Position numbers and translations under genes: made by a program | Origin: Hyphomicrobium sp. | Lineage (GTDB): Bacteria; Pseudomonadota; Alphaproteobacteria; Rhizobiales; Hyphomicrobiaceae | Reading direction: 5' to 3' | NCBI GenBank assembly: GCA_017512425.1 | Contig: JAFWGI010000016.1 | Coordinates: forward strand, 636,577-700,576 | Length of the DNA stretch: 64,000 nt | In this document: positions 27,424 to 34,780 of the stretch, piece by piece | Position numbering within the stretch: position 1 is the first letter of the stretch | Layout of the letters: every line of letters begins with the position of its first letter | The notes under the pieces: model-generated | Seen by the model: only the letters and a program-made list of their open reading frames with translations | What the model was told of the DNA's origin: nothing | Databases searched by the model: none

Positions 27424-28218
27424 TTAAACCGCCACAGGCGCTTTGATGTGTGGCCAGGGGTCGTAGCCCTCAAGCGTGAAGTCTTCGAATTTGAAGTTGA
27501 ACAGGGACTTCACATCCGGATTGATCTTCATCACCGGCAACGCCCGCGGCGTTCGCGACAACTGCTCGTCGGCCTGTTCAAGATGATTGGAATAGAGGTG
27601 CGCGTCACCGAACGTATGCACGAAGTCGCCGGGCTCGAACCCCGTCACTTGCGCCATCATCATCGTCAACAGCGCGTAGCTCGCGATATTGAACGGGACG
27701 CCAAGAAAAATATCGGCAGAACGCTGATAGAGCTGGCACGACAGCTTGCCGTCCGCGACATAAAACTGAAACAGACAGTGACATGGCGCCAGAGCCATCT
27801 GAGGGATATCGGCAGGGTTCCAAGCGGAAACAATCATGCGACGCGAATCCGGATCACGCTTGAGCGTCGCGAGCACGTCCGAAATCTGATCGATCGTTCG
27901 GCCATCAGGCGTCGCCCAGCTCCGCCATTGCTTGCCGTAAACAGGACCGAGATCGCCCTTCTCGTCGGCCCACTCATCCCAGATGCCAACGCCGTTGTCC
28001 TTGAGGTATTTGATATTCGTGTCGCCGGCGAGAAACCAGATCAGCTCATGAATGATCGACTTCACGTGCAGCTTCTTCGTCGTGACGAGCGGAAAGCCTT
28101 CCGACAGATCGAAGCGCATCTGATGGCCGAATATGCTGACCGTACCAGTGCCGGTACGATCCGTCTTTTGTGTACCGCCGACGCGCACACGATTCAAAAG
28201 GTCGAGATATTGATCCAT
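27424..28218 (-). CDS. thyA: Thymidylate synthase (ThyA type)
   Basis: [22 protein letters not shown]-type region [14 protein letters not shown] and DAHLYSNH are canonical ThyA sequences. Confidence 0.95.
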   Translation of the reverse strand: MDQYLDLLNRVRVGGTQKTDRTGTGTVSIFGHQMRFDLSEGFPLVTTKKLHVKSIIHELIWFLAGDTNIKYLKDNGVGIWDEWADEKGDLGPVYGKQWRSWATPDGRTIDQISDVLATLKRDPDSRRMIVSAWNPADIPQMALAPCHCLFQFYVADGKLSCQLYQRSADIFLGVPFNIASYALLTMMMAQVTGFEPGDFVHTFGDAHLYSNHLEQADEQLSRTPRALPVMKINPDVKSLFNFKFEDFTLEGYDPWPHIKAPVAV

Positions 28219-28245
28219 GACCGCTTCTTAGCGCGATTCCCGAAA

Positions 28246-29106
28246 TCAACCCATCTGCGTCAAACGCTCGGGCACGAGCATCATCACGGCAAGCACGCTG
28301 GCGTTGTAGGCCGCGTGACAAATGATCGGCGCAAGCAAACCACCGGTCTTTTCGCGCACCCAGGCGAGATAGAGTCCGATCAGCGCGATGCCGAATATAC
28401 CGTACAGCGAGTATTGCGCGTGGACCGACGCCCAAACAATGGCCGTGATCGCTGCGGCCGCGACTTTGCCAAACGGCGACGTTCTGAGCACGCCGTACAT
28501 CAGCCCGCGAAACAAGACCTCCTCGGCGATTGGCGCGCCGACGACGGCCGCCAGCGCGATCATCCACCAAACGTCCGTGCGCAGCATATCCGCCAGCAGC
28601 CGGACGTCACCCAATAGTGCGTTGCGGTCGAACGACAGCACCGCGCCAGCGTAGATGGCCGCGCCGACGATTAATACGGCGCTGAAGGTGAAGCTGGCCG
28701 CTAAAGCGCCGCCGGGCGCCGACAGCGCCAAAAAGGTCACACGCCCACCGCGAAAAAGGCGCGCCGCAACCGACGTCAACACCAGGGTCGCGAGTTGGAA
28801 TGCCGCGAGAAAAACGGCCAGGCGCAATGCCTGAAACGTTTCGAGCGCACCGGCCGGCCGGGCCTGCGGGGTGTCGATCGCGACATGCCAGTCGACCACG
28901 CCGGCAGCGAGGCTGCCGACGCCCGTTGCTGCTGCCAGGATCGCGATCACGAGGCCCAGAACGCCTATGGTTTCAAGCCAACTCCTGCCCTGTTCGGGCG
29001 CATGTGGCAGCGGTTGAAGCGCTGATGGCGGAGACGTCTGGCCGGTCACGATTGCTCCGATGGCGGCTGCGCATGTATAGCCGAGACTGCCACGCGATCG
29101 TGCCAT
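28246..29106 (-). CDS. CPBP-family intramembrane metalloprotease (CAAX protease-like)
   Basis: The motifs EEVLFRGLMYG and HAAYN are present in a polytopic protein. The ATG at 29106 (MARSRG) is preferred because the track's longer ORF (to 29313) runs into the tmRNA acceptor piece. Confidence 0.8.
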   Translation of the reverse strand: MARSRGSLGYTCAAAIGAIVTGQTSPPSALQPLPHAPEQGRSWLETIGVLGLVIAILAAATGVGSLAAGVVDWHVAIDTPQARPAGALETFQALRLAVFLAAFQLATLVLTSVAARLFRGGRVTFLALSAPGGALAASFTFSAVLIVGAAIYAGAVLSFDRNALLGDVRLLADMLRTDVWWMIALAAVVGAPIAEEVLFRGLMYGVLRTSPFGKVAAAAITAIVWASVHAQYSLYGIFGIALIGLYLAWVREKTGGLLAPIICHAAYNASVLAVMMLVPERLTQMG

Positions 29107-29227
29107 GGTGCTAGAGTGCACGGGTGGTTTGGCGCATGGCGACAGCGGCGCCTTAAGCCTGTCGCTCGGTCGCAGACGCGTTCCCCCGCGAAACGCTTTT
29201 TTTTGAGCACAATGAGCCCTATATTCA

Positions 29228-29595
29228 GCTTGCCGGATTCGTCCGGCTATGGCGATAAACGCGGTCGTAATAAGCGGTTCGGACCCGGGGGCGGTACCCG
29301 GCGCCTCCACCACTTTCCTTCGCGCCTTCCGACTCCCGTTCCGGGAGCCGGCCGGAAGGCGCGGAGATATTGGGGGCGAACTAGGATCGACGAACGTGTA
29401 AAGGATTTAGCTTTTGCCCGGCATGATACCACCGTCATCGGGTCACACAGAGTAGTTGCAAATGACAACTATGCTGAGGCTGCTCTCGCTGCTTAATGCA
29501 GTGCGAAATGCCTGAACCTAAGTCCTTACCCCTAGCCGGGTAAGGCGCGGTCCGGAGGGCACCGGTCAACAGAAGCCCTCCACTTATTTCCTGCG
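29228..29595 (+). ncRNA. ssrA: Circularly permuted (two-piece) tmRNA gene; ends approximate
   Basis: The acceptor piece ends ...CCGGG-GGCGGTA-CCCGG-CGCCTCC-ACCA at 29312. The coding piece starts GGGGGCGAACTAGGATCGACG at 29372. 5'-GGGGGCG pairs with CGCCTCC-3' and gives a G3:U wobble, the alanine identity element. The tag reading frame GCAAATGACAACTATGCTGAGGCTGCTCTCGCTGCTTAA (29458..29496) encodes ANDNYAEAALAA*. The intervening 29313..29371 forms a CGCGCCTTCCG/CGGAAGGCGCG stem. Confidence 0.9.
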
Positions 29596-29645
29596 CGGCC
29601 GAAATCGGCCGTGAAGAACGATGCTGGGTCGCTACAGAGGCGCGA

Positions 29646-30350
29646 ATGACGACGGGGCCGGAAATCGACTACGAGGCGTTACAGCAGGATGCGATGCGCG
29701 GCGTTGTACGCGCCGTCCTCAATCAAATCGTAAAATCCGGCCTTCCAGGCGAGCACCACTTCTACATTTCGTTCCTGACGCAATCGCCCGGCGTTATTCT
29801 GTCGAAACGTCTCAGAGAAAAATATCCGCACGAAATGACGATCGTGCTGCAGCACCGGTTCTGGGATTTGATCGTCTCGGAAGACCGTTTCGAAGTGAAG
29901 CTTACGTTTGACGGCATTCCTGAGCGCCTCGTTATTCCGTATCGCTCGATCAAGGTTTTCATCGATCCGAGCGTGCGGTTCGGCTTGCAGTTCGAAGATG
30001 CAAGCTCGGATCGCGAGGCACCAGCACCGCGCCGTTCGCTGACGATGGACGCGGCCTTCGATCAAGTCGGCGCAGCCCAGGCTGATAGTCCCCGCGCGAC
30101 GCTCTCAAAAAAGCCGCGGACGCCGCGCAAACCGAAATCCGAGAAAGAGGCAACGCAACCTGCGGCCGCAACCGGCGCTTCGGCGGCACCTCAAGCGGTC
30201 GCCCCGCCATCGCTGCCGCAAGCACCGCAGCCCGAGCCAGCGTCGGCCGCTGCAACGCCGCGCGCCGCGGCTGACGCCGAACCGGACAAGCCGACCGTTA
30301 TCGATGGCGGAGCGAAAATTTTGAGCCTCGATCAGTTCCGCAAAAAATAA
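29646..30350 (+). CDS. sspB: ClpXP adaptor SspB (alphaproteobacterial type)
   Basis: AMRGVVRAVL...HHFYISF...YPHEMTIVLQHRFWDL...KLTFDGIPERLVIPYRSI and the C-terminal ILSLDQFRKK resemble my recollection of Caulobacter SspB-alpha, including its ClpX-binding tail. This comparison has not been checked against a reference sequence. Confidence 0.85.
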   Translation: MTTGPEIDYEALQQDAMRGVVRAVLNQIVKSGLPGEHHFYISFLTQSPGVILSKRLREKYPHEMTIVLQHRFWDLIVSEDRFEVKLTFDGIPERLVIPYRSIKVFIDPSVRFGLQFEDASSDREAPAPRRSLTMDAAFDQVGAAQADSPRATLSKKPRTPRKPKSEKEATQPAAATGASAAPQAVAPPSLPQAPQPEPASAAATPRAAADAEPDKPTVIDGGAKILSLDQFRKK

Positions 30351-30450
30351 AAGTCGCGCGGGCAAACCGGCGTTTCTGAAGTGTCTGCTTGTTGCGTTTA
30401 CCGGCAATCGATCCGGTACGGCATTGTGCTCAAGGATCAGAGATTCCGAA

Positions 30451-30978
30451 ATGCGCGCATTCGTTACGTCTCTCTTGGCTTGCTCACTCGCATTCGTCGC
30501 AAGCTTGGTCGCCTCGCAACCATCCGCGATCGCAGCACCGTCTACAGCGCCTTGGCCGCCGCCCAGTATCGTCGGCTTGTGGACCGGCGAAGGCAAACTC
30601 GCTTTTCGCGAAGGCAAATTCGAAACCGTCAAATGCCGAGTAACTTATTTCGCCGATGCCACGGCAGGATTGAAGCAGACGGTTCGCTGCGCCACGGCGG
30701 GTGCCAAAATCGAGGTCAAAAGCGAGATCGCCGAGATCGACGGCGCATTGACCGGCAAATGGGAAGAAACGATTTATAATCTCGCGGGCGATATTGCCGG
30801 CAAACAGACCGAGCGCGGTTTCCGCGTCGAGGTGCGCAGCGATACGCTGAGCGCCAATATGGACCTGATGCTCAAGGATCAGATGCAGGTCATCGAAATT
30901 CAGTTCTTGAATAGTACGCTGCTCGGCCTGTCGATTATCCTGACAAAAGGCGCACCGTCGGCTGCGGTCAACCGGTAG
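30451..30978 (+). CDS. Exported hypothetical protein (175 aa)
   Basis: It has a signal peptide MRAFVTSLLACSLAFVASLVASQPSAIA followed by beta-rich sequence. I recognised no family. Confidence 0.55.
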   Translation: MRAFVTSLLACSLAFVASLVASQPSAIAAPSTAPWPPPSIVGLWTGEGKLAFREGKFETVKCRVTYFADATAGLKQTVRCATAGAKIEVKSEIAEIDGALTGKWEETIYNLAGDIAGKQTERGFRVEVRSDTLSANMDLMLKDQMQVIEIQFLNSTLLGLSIILTKGAPSAAVNR

Positions 30979-31210
30979 AACGTTCAACAACGGCTTGTGG
31001 AATTTTGCGTTCTTGCGGCCGCTTGAACGTCAGCTCGAGCTTTCCATCGGCCAGTTCCGAGCACTCGACAGCCGCGACGTACGGATCGCTGGCCTCAATG
31101 TTCGCCTCCATCCGGCACGTTTCGACGCTCTGCATCGGCTTTACGCTGATCGAGCTTTCGCCGTTCGGCATGGCAAGCGTGACGATCATCACGACAATTG
31201 AGGAATCCAT
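30968..31210 (-). CDS. Hypothetical small protein (80 aa)
   Basis: A strong RBS (GAGGAGAA) lies 6 nt upstream of the ATG at 31210. There is a hydrophobic N-terminus. I recognised no family. Confidence 0.45.
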   Translation of the reverse strand: MDSSIVVMIVTLAMPNGESSISVKPMQSVETCRMEANIEASDPYVAAVECSELADGKLELTFKRPQERKIPQAVVERSTG

Positions 31211-31370
31211 GGGCGTTCTCCTCTTGCGGCTGCAGCAAGACTTCGGCCGTCATGGCCGAAGGGACGCATACATGTGGGCAAAACGCGCTTACGGCTGAGC
31301 CTGCGAGCTTAACTGACTCGTTTGCGACATCGCCAAAAAGATAACGGATGAATCGCGGCTTTATTCTGCG

Positions 31371-31394
31371 TAGGTGCGGTCTCTAGGTGCGGTC
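31371..31394. repeat. Tandem direct repeat TAGGTGCGGTC x2 (2-bp spacer)
   Basis: 31371..31381 and 31384..31394 are identical 11-mers. Confidence 0.8.
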
Positions 31395-31461
31395 GGTATC
31401 GCGACACACATGATGTCATCCTAGGCCTTGTGCCAACCGCTTCCGCCCGCGTCTGCGGCCC

Positions 31462-31493
31462 GATGGATCCCAGGGACAAGCCCTGGGATGACA
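31462..31493. repeat. REP-like hairpin unit of the same family as the GIY-YIG cassette termini
   Basis: GATGGATCC-CAGGGacaagCCCTG-GGATGAC shares the GATGGATCC...GGATGAC frame with 27352..27379 but has a different, self-complementary stem. A degenerate half-copy GTCATCCTAGGCCTTGT lies at 31415..31431 in inverse orientation. Confidence 0.65.
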
Positions 31494-31763
31494 ATAGAGG
31501 CAACCGGCGGCTTTCGGCCGCGTCCCCGATGCTCCGCGCTCGGCGGCTGGCTCGCGGAACGCGAGTCGCCGAGCGCCAACAAAAATCCCCGTCCCAAAAA
31601 GCTACGCACAAAAAAGCACCAACCGGAAACGATCCGTTTACCGTTCTAAGGCAGTCTACCTACTGTTGAGTAAGCGTCCGGTCGCCAAGTGTCCGATCCT
31701 GGATCACGGCAGGGTAGTCGCCCTAAAGACCGATCGTATCAGTCGAGTTGAGTTCGCGTTATC

Positions 31764-33272
31764 ATGTCCAAGCGTGTTTTGATCGTCGATGACGATCCGG
31801 CCCAGCGTCGTATTCTCGAAGAGACGATCAAGCGTCTCGGCTTTGAGACCAAGACCTGCGGGTCTGGCGAGCAAGCCCTTCAAATTCTCGAAAGCGATGA
31901 GCGCGCCACGATTTCCCTCGTGCTGCTCGATATCGTTATGCCAGGCGTCGACGGCCTAGCCGTTCTCGATCGCGTCGGCAACAAGGCGGAAACGCCTCCG
32001 ATCATCGTGCAAACCGCGCACGGTTCGATCGAGACAGCGATCAACGCCATGCGTGCCGGCGCCGTCGACTTCGTCGTCAAGCCGGCTTCGCCTGAACGCC
32101 TCGACGTGTCTATCAAGAGCGCACTGAAAATCGAAGCGCTCGCAGGCGAAATCAATCGCATCAAGAAGAAAGCCGAAGGCAATTTGTCGTTTGACGATCT
32201 CGTGATGCAAGGCGCTGCCATGCAACGCGTCATCACCCTCGGCAAGCGCGCGGCAGCCTCGAATATCCCGGTGCTGATCGAAGGCGAAAGCGGCGTCGGC
32301 AAGGAATTGATCGCACGCGCCATCCAGGGCGAAAGCGAACGCCAGGGGCGTCCGTTCATCACCGTCAACTGCGGCGCAATCCCGGAAAATCTCGTTGAGT
32401 CGATCTTGTTCGGTCACGAAAAGGGATCGTTCACGGGCGCCAGCGACAAGCGCATCGGCAAATTCCAGGAAGCCGACGGCGGCACGCTGTTCCTCGACGA
32501 AGTCGGCGAACTGCCACTTGATGCGCAGGTGAAACTGCTGCGCGCATTGCAGGAAGGCGAAATCGACCCTGTAGGCTCGAAAAAGCCCGTCAAGGTCAAC
32601 TTCCGCCTGATCTCTGCGACCAACCGCGATATGATTCAGCAGGTCAAAGACGGCAAGTTCCGCGAAGACCTCTACTATCGTTTGAACGTCTTCCCGATCT
32701 TCATCCCGCCGCTGCGCGAACGCATCGAAGATGTGCCGCAGCTTGCACGTCACTTCGCCCAGCGCTTTGCCGCCGAAGAAGGCAAACGCATCGCCGGCTT
32801 CAGCGATAGCGCCATGCGGATGCTGCAGGCTTACACATGGCCGGGCAACGTGCGTCAGCTTGAAAACGCTGTCTTCCGTGCTGTCGTTCTGGCCGACGGC
32901 GCTGAGTTGACGGTTGCCGAGTTCCCGCAGATTGCGGCTCACGTCGGAGGCTTTGACGCAGAAATTCCAGCGGCACCGACGGCGCTGCAGAAGGCACCGG
33001 CGTACACCGGACCGGCCCTGCTCGGCGCTGAAAACACCGTGCCGGCCACGATCGAAATGCGACCGTCATCGGCAGGTTCTGCGCTTGGCATTCCGGCGAT
33101 GGCAGAAGACGGCGAAATTCGCTCGCTCGAAGCGATGGAAGCCGACATGATCCGCCTGGCGCTCGGGCGCTATCGCGGCCACATGACGGAAGTCGCCAAG
33201 CGCTTGAACATCGGCCGCTCGACGCTCTATCGCAAAATGCAGGAGTACGGTCTCGAACCGCGCCCAAACTAA
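31764..33272 (+). CDS. Sigma-54-dependent response regulator (receiver + AAA+ + Fis-type HTH; NtrC/TacA-like)
   Basis: The receiver domain has LVLLDIVMPGVDG. The AAA+ domain has GESGVGKELIARAIQ and EKGSFTGA (GAFTGA-type loop). The C-terminal HTH reads VAKRLNIGRSTLYRKM. Confidence 0.9.
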   Translation: MSKRVLIVDDDPAQRRILEETIKRLGFETKTCGSGEQALQILESDERATISLVLLDIVMPGVDGLAVLDRVGNKAETPPIIVQTAHGSIETAINAMRAGAVDFVVKPASPERLDVSIKSALKIEALAGEINRIKKKAEGNLSFDDLVMQGAAMQRVITLGKRAAASNIPVLIEGESGVGKELIARAIQGESERQGRPFITVNCGAIPENLVESILFGHEKGSFTGASDKRIGKFQEADGGTLFLDEVGELPLDAQVKLLRALQEGEIDPVGSKKPVKVNFRLISATNRDMIQQVKDGKFREDLYYRLNVFPIFIPPLRERIEDVPQLARHFAQRFAAEEGKRIAGFSDSAMRMLQAYTWPGNVRQLENAVFRAVVLADGAELTVAEFPQIAAHVGGFDAEIPAAPTALQKAPAYTGPALLGAENTVPATIEMRPSSAGSALGIPAMAEDGEIRSLEAMEADMIRLALGRYRGHMTEVAKRLNIGRSTLYRKMQEYGLEPRPN

Positions 33273-33475
33273 ATTCAGAAATTGCATTGAAGGCAGCCGT
33301 AACTTGTACCGCGTATGCGGCTGCACTCAAATCCTGCGGGTCCGGTGGGACGGCCGCGGGCATGACGGGAGAGACCGTCCCACCACCATTTTCGCCGTCA
33401 AAGATACAACGCTCGCGTGAACTCCTGATACGATTCCTGCGGCGTTGGGAGCGGGTGCACCCCACCTCTCCAGCG

Positions 33476-33512
33476 AAGGCCCCGGCTGCATGCCGGGGCC
33501 TTTGTTCGTTTC
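33476..33512 (+). terminator. Rho-independent terminator-like hairpin
   Basis: GGCCCCGG (33478..33485) pairs with CCGGGGCC (33493..33500) and is followed by TTTGTTCGTTTC. A second 10-bp perfect stem, GGTGGGACGG/CCGTCCCACC, lies at 33344..33384. Confidence 0.5.
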
Positions 33513-33524
33513 TGGTCGTCCTAT

Positions 33525-34451
33525 TCAGCGCCGCGTACGGCGTTCGCATACAAATGCGTTATCACCGGTCTCAACGCGCGACGTATTTCCCGGGCAGAGG
33601 CAAAGGAAGCTGTCGGCTGCTGTCGAGATCTGGCGCACCAGGCCGCCATCGCAACGCGGCTTGCCGGCGTCGGCTTGACTGACCTTCTGTTCCTGAACCG
33701 GCGTCGGCGCTGCCGGCTGTGCAATCGGCGTCGACGTCAGCGCAACGCGCCGTACCGGACTTGCCGCAGTTGGCTTTGATGCGATCGCAGCCGCCGGCAT
33801 CGGCGTACACGCAACGTCGACATCGACGCGCAGTTCCGCGGTTTGCGTGAGCTGGTCGGCGTAGAAATCCGGATTGCGGAGAATGTCGTCCGACGGGGCG
33901 ACGCGATCGTAGTTTGTCCACTTGAAAGCGAAACGACCGGTCGTGACTTGCCACGCGATCGTAACAAGCATGGCACGGCGGACGGTGCTGTTAGTGCGTT
34001 CTGCGACTGGCACAGCGTTGCAAAGCGCGATCGCGCGTTGGGCGACAGGACCGTCGAGAGAAACGGGCAGATTGTAGACGCTGTGCGCCGCCTGCGATGC
34101 ACTTGGAACTGCATCGGACAGTGTATCGACTCCGTCCGGCTCAGTTGCTGCGGCGTCGGTCGTCAAAGCGAGACGCGACCGGACGATTTTAAAACTTCCG
34201 GCGTCGGTCGGCTCAGCCGACAGATCGAGTGCGGCGCGCACCGAGGATGTCTCAATGCGATCATATCTGCCGTCGCGTCCGGCGACTGTAATTTCGGGCC
34301 GTGCAGTATCCGCCGCCGACGTGGCGACCAGGGATAAAGTCAGACGGGTTGCTGTGGCGCCGTCGGACATCCCGGCAAATGCGGGACACGCCAGCCCGGT
34401 GACAGACAATGCCGTCGCGGCTACCGCGAAATTGAGGACTGATGTTCGCAT
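33525..34451 (-). CDS. Exported hypothetical protein with a C-terminal Cys-rich module
   Basis: It has a signal peptide MRTSVLNFAVAATALSVTGLACPAFA. GGGAGAA lies upstream of the ATG at 34451. The C-terminus is CDGGLVRQISTAADSFLCLCPGNTSRVETGDNAFVCE. Confidence 0.6.
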   Translation of the reverse strand: MRTSVLNFAVAATALSVTGLACPAFAGMSDGATATRLTLSLVATSAADTARPEITVAGRDGRYDRIETSSVRAALDLSAEPTDAGSFKIVRSRLALTTDAAATEPDGVDTLSDAVPSASQAAHSVYNLPVSLDGPVAQRAIALCNAVPVAERTNSTVRRAMLVTIAWQVTTGRFAFKWTNYDRVAPSDDILRNPDFYADQLTQTAELRVDVDVACTPMPAAAIASKPTAASPVRRVALTSTPIAQPAAPTPVQEQKVSQADAGKPRCDGGLVRQISTAADSFLCLCPGNTSRVETGDNAFVCERRTRR

Positions 34452-34780
34452 GATCCGTTCTCCCGTACGCCGCGAGACGCTTCTGTCTGCACCATTTGAT
34501 GATCTGTCGCCGCAAACGCGCTTCCGGTTCATGCTCGTTCCCAAGAAAAGCACTTATGCCTTCTGCGACGCGAAATTCGGCGTGCAGTCCAAATTGATTA
34601 ACTTTGATGGGCTTAGATGGCTGTGATCGCAAAACGTGCTCGTGAGCACCGCTTTCGCGACGCCGGATAGCAACAGTTTTGCCATATCGCCGTGCGATCT
34701 AGAGCTCCAGGTGGCAGGGCGCTCGTTACAGTTACGGGAGCGGAGTATTGTGCTTCCACGTCATGCATAGGGTTTGCGTC

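Noticed and set aside
27324-27473. 50-codon N-terminal extension of the GIY-YIG ORF
   Set aside because: It reads through the right inverted repeat (…HPREGGDPS…) and overlaps the thyA 3' end. The conserved GIY-YIG core starts right after the Met at 27323.
27733-27748. Sigma54-like TGGCACGACAGCTTGC
   Set aside because: The GG-to-GC spacing is 11 rather than 10. It lies inside thyA on the antisense strand, with no downstream gene to drive.
27418-28617. 399-aa plus-strand ORF spanning thyA and the CPBP protease
   Set aside because: It is antisense to two strongly supported genes and crosses their intergenic gap. It is an Arg/His-rich shadow ORF.
29107-29313. N-terminal 69-codon extension of the CPBP protease ORF, and the plus-strand ORF 29116..29496
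   Set aside because: Both run through the tmRNA gene. The plus-strand ORF merely ends with the tmRNA tag peptide (…ANDNYAEAALAA). The protease has a good internal Met at 29106.
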